Positions 17,067 to 24,923 of a DNA stretch of 64,000 nucleotides are shown piece after piece; position 1 is the first letter of the stretch; each line of letters starts with the position of its first letter. The translations under genes and the position numbers were made by a program. Source of the stretch: Phycisphaerales bacterium (GTDB lineage: Bacteria > Planctomycetota > Phycisphaerae > Phycisphaerales > SM1A02); the NCBI GenBank assembly GCA_044220875.1, contig JBGAQH010000007.1:31673-95672 (forward strand), given 5' to 3'. The notes beneath the pieces are model-generated. The model had not been told where the DNA came from. It saw only the letters and a list, made by a program, of their open reading frames with translations, and ran no database searches.

Positions 17067-17788
17067 TCAGGTGGTCCGGCAGAACACGTCCCGCAGGACG
17101 GTGATGTCGACGGGGATCGACTGTGGAGCGTGCTTCGCGTCACGTCGGCGGAACGGGTCGAACTCGCTCGGGCTGACCGGGCTCCGCTTCCTCGGATCGC
17201 GGTGCAGGTTGACGAGCAGCGCCTCGAGCGAGGCCGTCCGCTGCCACTCGTCGCGCATCCGGCCCTCGGCCATCTGGTCGAGCTCGCGGAGCGTGAAAGG
17301 ATGCGGGTCGACGCCGGCTATGCCGGCGAGGCGGAAGACGGTCGCCCAGCCGTCGGCGTCGCCAGAAGCGCCTCGTCGATCGCCCGGTCCAGCTCGCCGC
17401 TTTCGATCCGCCGCTCGGCCAGCGTCCTCGCCCTGTCCATCGCGGCATCCATCGCCTGCACCACCCGCGAGAGCGCCGCCCGCTCGCGGGGGTTCGGGAA
17501 AAACGCGATGAGCTCGGCGATCAATGCTCTTGTCGCATGCTCGATCGCGTCGCCCGCCATCGAACGCCCGAAGTCCTCGTCGGAGACCTGAGCCTTGTCG
17601 GCCTCGGGCTTGCAGACGGCATAGAGCACGTCGCAGAGGGTGACGGGATCGCCGAAGAGCCGCTCGAACACGCGGCCGCCCTGGAGGTCGAGGAGGTCGA
17701 CCTGTGCGAGCGATCGGACGCGCTTGAGCGCCGCGACGTTGAGCGTGACCGTCCATGCCCGTCCTGCGTTGTCGGTGAAGGTCTTCAT
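17067..17788 (-). CDS. tail assembly chaperone -1 frameshift product (gpGT-like), inferred
   Basis: The ORF ending at 17067 is in the -1 frame relative to 17318-17788 (codon phase shifts from 1 to 2 mod 3 on the minus strand). It extends the protein by about 85 aa. No canonical XXXYYYZ heptamer found. Confidence 0.45.
17318..17788 (-). CDS. tail assembly chaperone (gpG-like)
   Basis: Position between the major tail gene and the tape-measure region. A -1 frame ORF overlaps its 3' end. Confidence 0.65.
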   Translation of the reverse strand: MKTFTDNAGRAWTVTLNVAALKRVRSLAQVDLLDLQGGRVFERLFGDPVTLCDVLYAVCKPEADKAQVSDEDFGRSMAGDAIEHATRALIAELIAFFPNPRERAALSRVVQAMDAAMDRARTLAERRIESGELDRAIDEALLATPTAGRPSSASPA

Positions 17789-17807
17789 GGGGCAGTCCAG
17801 CGATTCG

Positions 17808-18257
17808 TCAGGCGACGGTCATCCACGTCGGCGCGTTGCCGGAGTAGGACGGCTTGAGGGTGACGCTCACGGTGAGCGCCTCCTCGAGGGGCTCTTCCCG
17901 CGTGAAGCTCGTCACCATGCAGGTGGCGCGGAGCCCCTGGCTGCCGGAGGAGCCGAGCCCCGTGATGGCCCCGTCCATGGCGGCGACCTCGATGTTCGTG
18001 TTGTTGAGGTAGGCGTCGCGGATCGCGAGGAAGTCGGTGTCGCCGGTGTCCCACACCATCTGGAACTCGATCGACGCGTCCTTGAGCGTGGCGGCCGTCG
18101 CCTTCCAGCCGTTGTTGGCGCGGGTGGTCACATCGGCCTCGCCCGCCTCGAGGTTCAGCGTCACGTCCTTGACGTTGCCGATCTCGTCCCACGTGGGCGA
18201 GGCGTAGGTGCCGGAGTTGCGGTAGAGCTTGGCGTGCAGGCCGAGTCGGATGGCCAT
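17808..18257 (-). CDS. major tail protein
   Basis: 149 aa (MAIRLGLHAKLYRNSGTYASPTWDEIGNVKDVTLNLEAGEADVTTR…) resembling TP901-1/phi13-type major tail proteins. Sits directly upstream of the chaperone. Confidence 0.75.
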   Translation of the reverse strand: MAIRLGLHAKLYRNSGTYASPTWDEIGNVKDVTLNLEAGEADVTTRANNGWKATAATLKDASIEFQMVWDTGDTDFLAIRDAYLNNTNIEVAAMDGAITGLGSSGSQGLRATCMVTSFTREEPLEEALTVSVTLKPSYSGNAPTWMTVA

Positions 18258-18269
18258 GGCGGTGGGTCC

Positions 18270-18527
18270 TTAGGTCGAGTTGCCGATGACGGAGAGGACG
18301 AGACCGGCGGTCGAGCCCCAGACGTAGACCTCGGAGAGATTGACTCCTTCGAGGCGCACCTGGAGCTTGCTCGGGATGGTCCCGCGGGTCGCGCCGCCGT
18401 CGGTCGAGACGTAGGCGACGCGCGAGGCGTCGGTGTTCGTGAGGGTCACGTTCCCGACGAGACGCGTCGTGATGAGGCGCGTCGCGGTCGCGCCGAGCGT
18501 GACTTCGAAGGCGATCGCGTTCTTCAT
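18270..18527 (-). CDS. phage structural-module protein, unknown
   Basis: 85 aa. 4-nt overlap with the upstream gene. Called by position only. Confidence 0.45.
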   Translation of the reverse strand: MKNAIAFEVTLGATATRLITTRLVGNVTLTNTDASRVAYVSTDGGATRGTIPSKLQVRLEGVNLSEVYVWGSTAGLVLSVIGNST

Positions 18528-18988
18528 GCGTCGGCTCCCTGCGTGGTCACGCGATAGGTGAGCCGGAGGACGCCGGTGTACTGCTTCAGCCGGTTCCAGT
18601 GGTCGAGATCGAGGATCGGATCGATCCGCATGGAGAGGTAGTGGGCTTCGCCCTGCGGAGCGCCCTCGAAGACGAGCGGCAGCGCCTTCTGGAAGAGGGC
18701 ATCGCCGATCGCCTCAAGGTTCGCGGCGAGAGCCGAGACCTCCGCCTCGTCCTCGGCGGCCTTCTGGAGGGCGACGAGGATCTCGCAGTCGTACTGGCCG
18801 CGACGCCGCGAGAGATTGGCGGGCGTCTCGGTCGAGGGAATCGCCCAGCAAGCGATGACGCTCATGTCCTCACGGTCGGTGAGCGGCATCCAGCGCATCT
18901 GGGCCTGCACGGGGATCGGCAGCGCCGCGGTGTTGATCGCGGTCGCCACCGCCTCGGCGACGAGGACGAGTCGGCAAGGCATGATCAC
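18524..18988 (-). CDS. head-tail/neck or tail-completion protein (putative)
   Basis: 154 aa. Overlaps both neighbours by 4 nt. Called by position in the connector region. Confidence 0.5.
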   Translation of the reverse strand: MIMPCRLVLVAEAVATAINTAALPIPVQAQMRWMPLTDREDMSVIACWAIPSTETPANLSRRRGQYDCEILVALQKAAEDEAEVSALAANLEAIGDALFQKALPLVFEGAPQGEAHYLSMRIDPILDLDHWNRLKQYTGVLRLTYRVTTQGADA

Positions 18989-19263
18989 GACACCTCCGCC
19001 CGGGTGGCGCTGCCGCAGTGGATGCAGCGGTGGTGCTCGAGGTGCTCGATCCGCCGCGAGAGGTCGTCGATCAGGCGCTGCGAGTTCGCGGCGTTGGTCG
19101 TCGCCGCGACCTGGGCCTTCAGGAGGTCGGCCACGATCGACTTCAGCTCGTCGACGCTCCGGGCGAGCGAGTGGAGCTGCTGGTCGCGGTGGCCGATGTG
19201 GATGAAGATCGCGGCGACGCCGCCGATGAGGGCGATGAGCTGGAAGTAGGCGAGGAGTTCCAT
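18985..19263 (-). CDS. small single-pass membrane protein with coiled coil (holin-like candidate)
   Basis: MELLAYFQLIALIGGVAAIFIHIGH is a TM helix, followed by a helical region and a C-terminal HHRCIHCG. The longer track ORF (to 19653) overlaps the neighbouring gene. Confidence 0.5.
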   Translation of the reverse strand: MELLAYFQLIALIGGVAAIFIHIGHRDQQLHSLARSVDELKSIVADLLKAQVAATTNAANSQRLIDDLSRRIEHLEHHRCIHCGSATRAEVS

Positions 19264-19298
19264 CACGGGGGTGTCCTTGGGGGGTTCGGGACGGGCGA

Positions 19299-19682
19299 TC
19301 AGGCAGGCTCGGTGCCGACGAAACGCGTGTGGATGCGGTAGGCGGTCCGTTGGGCGTCGGCCCAGCGCCATGCGGGCATGCTTTGAACCGGTGCCATCAC
19401 TTCGAAGAGGTGGACGGTGGTCCCGACGGTCTCGCGGACCTGGTCGCCTCGCGCCGGTGCGGCCGGAAGGTCGGCGGTCGCGACGAGGAAGTCGCGCGAC
19501 TCCGTCCGTTCCATGACGCCGCCCCCCACGGATCCCTCGGAGACGACCTCGAACTCGGTGCGCCCGACGGAGGCCTTCACGGTGAGCGTGGTGGCTCCGG
19601 TGACGTAGCCGATGTCGCGTGAGAGGTGCGCCGCGCGCTGCGCGGCGAGCCACGCGGCTCCGTTCGCGATGAGGTCGGCCAT
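19299..19682 (-). CDS. head-tail adaptor (putative)
   Basis: The start MADLIANG at 19682 lies 14 nt after the upstream stop. Called by position between the decoration-like and neck genes. Confidence 0.5.
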   Translation of the reverse strand: MADLIANGAAWLAAQRAAHLSRDIGYVTGATTLTVKASVGRTEFEVVSEGSVGGGVMERTESRDFLVATADLPAAPARGDQVRETVGTTVHLFEVMAPVQSMPAWRWADAQRTAYRIHTRFVGTEPA

Positions 19683-19695
19683 GGGTAGGTCGACC

Positions 19696-20025
19696 TCACT
19701 GCGAGAGTCGGATGCGGACCGTCGCATCGGCGTCGGCCGCGGCCTTCACGCACTTGCCGATGAGCTTGTTGCCGGTCGCGACGGTCGTCGCCTGCTGGGC
19801 GCCGGTCGCCCAGTAGCAGAGCGCTCCGGCGGCGATCGCCGTGCTCGCGCCGGTCGCCTTCGGGAAGTCGAAGACGCCCGAGACCGAGAGGGCTCCCAGC
19901 TTGTTCGCCAGGATCGCCCGGTTCGTGACGCCGACGAGTTCGCCTTGGACGACCACCATGCCGGCGGCCGTGTCGGTGCCGGGCGTGTAGTCGATCGTCT
20001 TGCCTTCGTGGACGTAGGTGGCCAT
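19696..20025 (-). CDS. DUF2190-type head decoration/cement-like protein
   Basis: 109 aa (MATYVHEGKTIDYTPGTDTAAGMVVVQGELVGV…GKCV…), typical of the DUF2190 family encoded after major capsid genes. Confidence 0.65.
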   Translation of the reverse strand: MATYVHEGKTIDYTPGTDTAAGMVVVQGELVGVTNRAILANKLGALSVSGVFDFPKATGASTAIAAGALCYWATGAQQATTVATGNKLIGKCVKAAADADATVRIRLSQ

Positions 20026-20114
20026 GAGGTTGCCTCAGAGGAGGAGAGGGTCGGAATGCGGCTGATGCGGCGATGCCACACCAGCCGCTCGGAGGGGGGG
20101 ATGTTCGTGCTGGC

Positions 20115-22091
20115 TTATGCTTCGCCCTTGACCTTGAGGGCCCCGCGGAAATCCTGCTCGCGGAAGCCGAAGTCGATGTAGGCGGCCCACGAGATGCCCA
20201 TCGTGTTGATGGGCGTGTTCGCTCGCTCGATCGTCGGCTGCTGCTTGCCGTTGAGGAAGACGACCTCGAACGCCGGCACGAGCCGCGGATCGGCGAAGAG
20301 GTACCACGCCTTCGCGCTGTTGCCCGAGTAGTAGCTGTCCGAGAGGTGCGGCGCGACGCTGAGCTGGTACTTGCCGCGGTGCGGGTTGTCGGTCGGGAGC
20401 TTCGTCTTCGCCGTCGACCCGTCGAGGAGGATCTGCGAGGATCCGAGGAGAACCTGCGCGTCGGTTTCGACCTCGACCGGCGTCAGGAGGCGCACCGGGC
20501 GGATGTTGATCGGCTTCTGGTCCTTCGCGTCGGTGCCGGGGCCGATCTTGATTTTCTGGAACGCGGTCTTCGCCGCGGTGAGCGAGTCGACGCCGAAGGC
20601 GGTGTCCGCGCCCGAGAGGAAGTTGCCGTTCCCCACCGAGAAGAAGTTCGACGGGTTCGAGAGGAGCAGGCGGAAGAACTCGTCGTCGATCGTTGCCGCG
20701 CCGTCCATGCCGACCTGCCGGGGCAGGTCGAGGAAGGCGCCGAGGTCGTCGTTGATGAGGTCCTGCCGCGTGAGCGTGATCAGGATGCCGCGGGTCTCGG
20801 CCTGGTTCTTGAAGGTCTGCTCGCTGAGCTTGCCGCTCTTCAGTTCGCCGTCCTGCGCGACCTTCTCCCAGCGGCCTGCGCCGAGGAGGCGGACGCGAGA
20901 GACCTCGCGGAAGTCCTTCACGCTTCCCACGCGGCAGAGGTCCATCGCGACGATCGGGACCGCCTCGTAGGCGTCGAGCATCGTCCGCTGCATCGTGCCC
21001 TCGAGGATCGTGGGCAGGCTGAGCGTGGTGAACGAGGCCTGGATCGTCGCGCTGCCGTCGCCGAAGACGCTCGGGACGTGCTTTCCCTCGAGCCTCGCGC
21101 ACTCGGCGGCGAGCTCGCGGAGCCCGATGTGGCGGAGGCGGTCGGCCGCATCGAGCGTCTTCTCGCCGAAGTCCTTGAGGAGCCGCTTCTCGCCGACGCC
21201 GGCCGAGAGGCAGGCCGCCGCCTCGAGCACGCGCGAGGTCGGTGCCTCGCGCGAACCGTTGACGTAGGGGCCCGCGACAGGTCGCGTGGCGCGGAGCACC
21301 TCGAGCTGGGTCTTCTCGACGGTCCAGCCCTCGGCGATGGCCTTCGCCTCAAGCGCCGGCTGGCCGACGCACTCGACGTGGATCGCGGCGATGCGGGTCG
21401 CCTCGGCGGCCGCCTGGGCGCGCATGATCGAGACGGGATCGGTCGGTTCGGTGGCGTCGGCGGTCGCGGCGACGCCCTCTTGGGTCGTGGTCATGGTGGT
21501 CTCGTTGGTGGATGCGTCGGCCGCGGCGCTCGCGGCGACGCGCGCGGAGGTGTCGTCGTCCGCGCCGAGGGCGACGAAGCTGATCTCGCTGAGGGTCGAG
21601 GCGCGGGCGATGTGGATGGGTCCCTCGAAGGTCCGTCCGTTCGCGCTCGCGGTCTGGCCTTTCTTCACGAACTCGACGCGCGACGCCTTCGCGCCGACGC
21701 TCGCCTGCCAGGGGAATCCGTTGCGGCTCGATTCGACGATCTCGCTCGCCACGCGGCCGGAGCCCGAGACGAGTCCCGCGACGCGAAGCTGTCCGGCCTC
21801 GACGCCGACCGATTCGGTGTGGCCGACGATCATCGAGGGCGAGTGGTCCTTGAGGATCGGGCGGGCGTTCCCGCGCACCTGGAGGCCGGCGAGGTCGACG
21901 ACGACGGGCGCGTCCCATCCGGCGAGTTCCATGGCGGCACCGGTGTAGGCGACCATGTCGAAGCGGCGCAGGGACTTCGCGGTGCCGTCGGCGGCCTTCG
22001 CGCCGATCAGGTCGGGCGCATCCGTCCAATGCTCGATCGGTGCGGACAGGCGGATCGCGCGGATTGTGTTCGTCTCAGTCGCGTGGGTCAC
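20115..22091 (-). CDS. prohead protease - major capsid protein fusion
   Basis: The N-terminal ~190 aa are prohead-protease-like (…ILKDHSPSMIVGHTESV…FPWQASVGAK…). The C-terminal ~400 aa are capsid-like (…AKAWYLFADPRLVPAFEVVFLNGKQQPTIE…). Single uninterrupted frame. Confidence 0.75.
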   Translation of the reverse strand: MTHATETNTIRAIRLSAPIEHWTDAPDLIGAKAADGTAKSLRRFDMVAYTGAAMELAGWDAPVVVDLAGLQVRGNARPILKDHSPSMIVGHTESVGVEAGQLRVAGLVSGSGRVASEIVESSRNGFPWQASVGAKASRVEFVKKGQTASANGRTFEGPIHIARASTLSEISFVALGADDDTSARVAASAAADASTNETTMTTTQEGVAATADATEPTDPVSIMRAQAAAEATRIAAIHVECVGQPALEAKAIAEGWTVEKTQLEVLRATRPVAGPYVNGSREAPTSRVLEAAACLSAGVGEKRLLKDFGEKTLDAADRLRHIGLRELAAECARLEGKHVPSVFGDGSATIQASFTTLSLPTILEGTMQRTMLDAYEAVPIVAMDLCRVGSVKDFREVSRVRLLGAGRWEKVAQDGELKSGKLSEQTFKNQAETRGILITLTRQDLINDDLGAFLDLPRQVGMDGAATIDDEFFRLLLSNPSNFFSVGNGNFLSGADTAFGVDSLTAAKTAFQKIKIGPGTDAKDQKPINIRPVRLLTPVEVETDAQVLLGSSQILLDGSTAKTKLPTDNPHRGKYQLSVAPHLSDSYYSGNSAKAWYLFADPRLVPAFEVVFLNGKQQPTIERANTPINTMGISWAAYIDFGFREQDFRGALKVKGEA

Positions 22092-23553
22092 TGGCGTCCT
22101 CCTGGGCGGGTTGGTCGTTGGTGTTCGAAGGCGAGGAGACTGCGCTGGGCTGCGGCGTGATGCCGAGCTCCTCCATCAGCTCGATCTCCTTCGCGCGCTG
22201 CCGCAACTGGTCCTCCCAGTCGAGGCCCATGCGGGCGTACTCGGCGGCAAGGGTCGTCGTGTGCGAGGCGAGCTTCGTCGACTGCGCCGTCGCCTCCTTC
22301 AGCGGATCGACGTGCTCGTGCCCATCCCAGAACCACTGGTGCGGCACGGCGAGGAGGTCGCGCATCGACGCGGGCACGAGGCCTGGGACGCGCGATGCCT
22401 CGCGGAGCCACTCGGCGAGGATCCGGTCGAGGACCCGGCATTCGAGCTCGCTCCGCTCGACGCGGATCGCCTTGAAGTAGGTCTGGTGGTCGAGGCGGCC
22501 GGAGGCGTAGTTGTAGGAGGCGCTGTTCCCCGCCGCGACGTTGAACGGGATGTTCAGGCAGCGGGCGATCTCGTTGAGGATCTCGCGCTTGAACTCGCCG
22601 TAGGTCGTCGACGGCTGCTTCGCGTCGACCTGCTCCATGCGCCAACCGGCGGGCATGGTGACGAGCGCCCGGCTCTCAAGCTCGACCGTGTCCATCGGCT
22701 CGACGGATTCGGCCTCGCCCGCCGCCGGCGCGTCGGTGTAGAGGATGCCCGCGAAGTCGGCGGCGGTCTCGGCCGCGCCGAGCACAGCGAGCGTGTAGCG
22801 GCGGAGTTGTGCGAAGAGCGGGAGCGCCGGCGTGAATTCGGGGATGCCCCGCGACTGGCCGGGCCGGTCGACGCGGTAGGCGTGGATCACGCTCGCCGCC
22901 GGCACACGGTCGGCCTCGAGCGAGAAGGACGAGAGGAAGCCCACGTTCCCCGGGTGCGACCGGAGGATGTGGTAGACGGTCGGGTTGCCGAATCCGTCGA
23001 ATTCGATGCCGTCGACCGTCGGCTCTCGGCCGATGCGGAACGTGGGCGTGGTGACCTGGTCGGCTTCGATCAGGCGGATGTCTAGGAGGACCGCGCTGGC
23101 AACCTCGGGGTTGGTGGTGAGGAGGGCGAACGACTCGCCGTCGGTCGCCTTTGCCATCCGGATCGTGCGGAGTTTGCCCGGGAGGTCGATCGCCTTCGAC
23201 CAGGCGGCGAACTCGCTCTCGATCGCGGCGTTCGCGTCGGCGTCGTCGCTGGAGAGCTGGAGCCGCGGGCCGGTGCCCACGCAGTCGTTGGCGAGCGTGA
23301 GGACGATGCCCTTCGCGTAGGAGTTGTTCGCGACCTCGTAGCGGGCGCGGGTGCGGAGGACGCGTCGGACCTCGTGCGTCGCGGCGGCGTCGGCCGACAG
23401 GTGGTCGGCCTCCGCCCAGTGGCGGCGGTTCTCGTCGGTGGTCTTCGCGGCGTCGAAGCCGGCGCGGAGGATGAGCCGTCGGCGCGGGGTCGCGCGGGGC
23501 CGTTCAGGCGCGGCGCTGGGGCGGCCGAAGATGCTCGCGAGGAGACCCATCAC
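22075..23553 (-). CDS. portal protein, lambda family
   Basis: …DENRRHWAEADHLSADAA…LRTRARYEVANNSYAKGIVLTLANDCVGTGPRLQ… matches the lambda gpB-type portal N-terminus. ATGA overlap with the gpW-like gene. Confidence 0.85.
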   Translation of the reverse strand: MMGLLASIFGRPSAAPERPRATPRRRLILRAGFDAAKTTDENRRHWAEADHLSADAAATHEVRRVLRTRARYEVANNSYAKGIVLTLANDCVGTGPRLQLSSDDADANAAIESEFAAWSKAIDLPGKLRTIRMAKATDGESFALLTTNPEVASAVLLDIRLIEADQVTTPTFRIGREPTVDGIEFDGFGNPTVYHILRSHPGNVGFLSSFSLEADRVPAASVIHAYRVDRPGQSRGIPEFTPALPLFAQLRRYTLAVLGAAETAADFAGILYTDAPAAGEAESVEPMDTVELESRALVTMPAGWRMEQVDAKQPSTTYGEFKREILNEIARCLNIPFNVAAGNSASYNYASGRLDHQTYFKAIRVERSELECRVLDRILAEWLREASRVPGLVPASMRDLLAVPHQWFWDGHEHVDPLKEATAQSTKLASHTTTLAAEYARMGLDWEDQLRQRAKEIELMEELGITPQPSAVSSPSNTNDQPAQEDASDPRD

Positions 23554-23759
23554 GCGGCTCCCGGCGGAATGAGCTTCGCGAGCCGCAGCCCGCGCTTGGG
23601 GTTCGAGATGGCCGCCTTGGACGCGAGATAGCGGTCGGCCTCGATCTGGTCAGGCAGCGGGTGCTGCTCGACCGAGCCGGTCTCGTTCGACGCCTTGGCG
23701 GGGCCGGAGGCGTTGTCACGGATCTTGTCTTCGAGGTCTTCTGCCACGGCGGCTCCCAA
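23550..23759 (-). CDS. gpW-like head-tail joining protein (TTG start)
   Basis: 69 aa, directly upstream of the lambda-family portal as in lambda (A-W-B order). The start codon is TTG. Confidence 0.55.
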   Translation of the reverse strand: MGAAVAEDLEDKIRDNASGPAKASNETGSVEQHPLPDQIEADRYLASKAAISNPKRGLRLAKLIPPGAA

Positions 23760-23785
23760 CGCGGCGAAGGTGCCGCTATGGGGGA

Positions 23786-23813
23786 GCTATGCCGTGCGGG
23801 GCGATGATGCGCA
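23786..23813 (-). promoter_or_regulatory. promoter-like bipartite motif copy i (TGCGCA-N16-CATAGC)
   Basis: On the minus strand: TGCGCA, a 16-nt spacer ending CGG, then CATAGC, followed by TCCCCCATAGCGGCA. Lies about 27 nt upstream of the gpW-like start. Confidence 0.5.
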
Positions 23814-23928
23814 AGCGCTCGAATGGTCCCTCCAAATTCCTTCCACCGGTAGACCCATGACGAAAAAGCCCGGCCGCGGATATCCGCGACCGGGCATCGA
23901 CATGGTTTCGGCTGACTCGATCTCGGAG

Positions 23929-24549
23929 TCAGTGGAGCTTGATGTTGCCGGGAAGCTGCTTGAGTTCCTCGTTCGTGATGTTCGGATCCACGAACAGGAT
24001 CAGCGTGTTCCAGTACTTGGTGTCGCTGCGGGCTGCCATGTATCGGCCGTGGCCGGGGTTGAGCGTCACGAGATCACCGTGCTTCATCACCGGACCGATG
24101 TTCGGGTCGGAGCCCCAGTCCTCGTCATACTTCTGCTGGAAGGTCATCGCAGCGGGATCCTTGCCTTCCGGGACGTTCGCGACGAACACGCGCACCTTCG
24201 TGTCCTTCGTCCACGCGGGATCGAAGTTGATGTTATGGGTAAGGCGGGTGCCGCCCGCGTCGGAGCGCACGGGCACAGCGACGATGCTCTTGCCGTTGAT
24301 CGTGAACACCTGCTGGTACGTCTTGTGGCGGGTGAACACCTTCTTCCAGGCCTTGTTGGCCCACTTGCCGCAGTCCTTCATGAAGCCTTCGAGATCATCG
24401 ATGGTGATCTTGACGTTGACGCTCCATCCACCGGCTTCGCCGACCTTGACCCCGTCGGCGTACACACGCTGCGCGGGGACCAAGAGGCTGGTGGTGAGGA
24501 GCGCCAGGAGAATGGCGACGAGCGAGAGTGGGAAGTGCCGTCTGTTCAT
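23929..24549 (-). CDS. secreted protein of unknown function (moron candidate)
   Basis: Start MNRRHFPLSLVAILLALLTTSLLVPAQRVYA is a signal peptide, preceded by GGAGAT. Visibly lower G+C. Inserted between TerL and the gpW-like/portal genes. Confidence 0.65.
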   Translation of the reverse strand: MNRRHFPLSLVAILLALLTTSLLVPAQRVYADGVKVGEAGGWSVNVKITIDDLEGFMKDCGKWANKAWKKVFTRHKTYQQVFTINGKSIVAVPVRSDAGGTRLTHNINFDPAWTKDTKVRVFVANVPEGKDPAAMTFQQKYDEDWGSDPNIGPVMKHGDLVTLNPGHGRYMAARSDTKYWNTLILFVDPNITNEELKQLPGNIKLH

Positions 24550-24698
24550 GAGGGATCTCCAGTTCAACCGAGAGAGGACAATCCGCAGCTGCGGATGGCG
24601 GATCGTTGGGTGGCCGCCGTTTGCTCGGTTCGCCGTGACCGTCACGGCTAGCACTGCGGTTGCCTCACTCGACAGAACGCAAAGTCGCGCCTCATGGA

Positions 24699-24923
24699 TC
24701 AGGTGCCGGCCGAAGTTTTGCACCCCACCGGGCGTTTGCCGAAATGTCCGCCCTGCAACAGATCGATGGTGGTAAGTCGCCGTCCGCAGTTGCGGCACTC
24801 GCGCCGCCGGCGGATTCCACCGAAGGAGAGCTGCCGGGTGTTCACGACCCGAAGATGGGAGCAGCCGCAACCGCCGCATCGGATGCCAGCATGTCCGTCC
24901 GTCCGCGGGTGTTGCTCGCTCAT
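24699..24923 (-). CDS. small zinc-ribbon protein
   Basis: MSEQHPRTDGHAGIRCGGCGCSHL…RRECRNCGRRL has a CxxC…CxxC pattern. ATGA overlap with the TerL stop and GGAGG upstream. Confidence 0.55.
   Translation of the reverse strand: MSEQHPRTDGHAGIRCGGCGCSHLRVVNTRQLSFGGIRRRRECRNCGRRLTTIDLLQGGHFGKRPVGCKTSAGT

Noticed and set aside
17318-17420. Search for a canonical -1 slippery heptamer (XXXYYYZ) at the chaperone 3' end
   Set aside because: None was found by manual reading of the minus-strand mRNA sequence. The frameshift call is therefore kept at low confidence rather than annotated with a site.
20073-22160. 695-aa plus-strand ORF antisense to the protease-capsid gene. Similar antisense shadows lie at 33735-35495, 39304-40545, 47040-48746, 37474-38304 and 61164-63095.
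   Set aside because: Each mirrors a motif-supported gene on the other strand. Each translates to repetitive R/D/E/G/V-rich sequence without recognisable domains.
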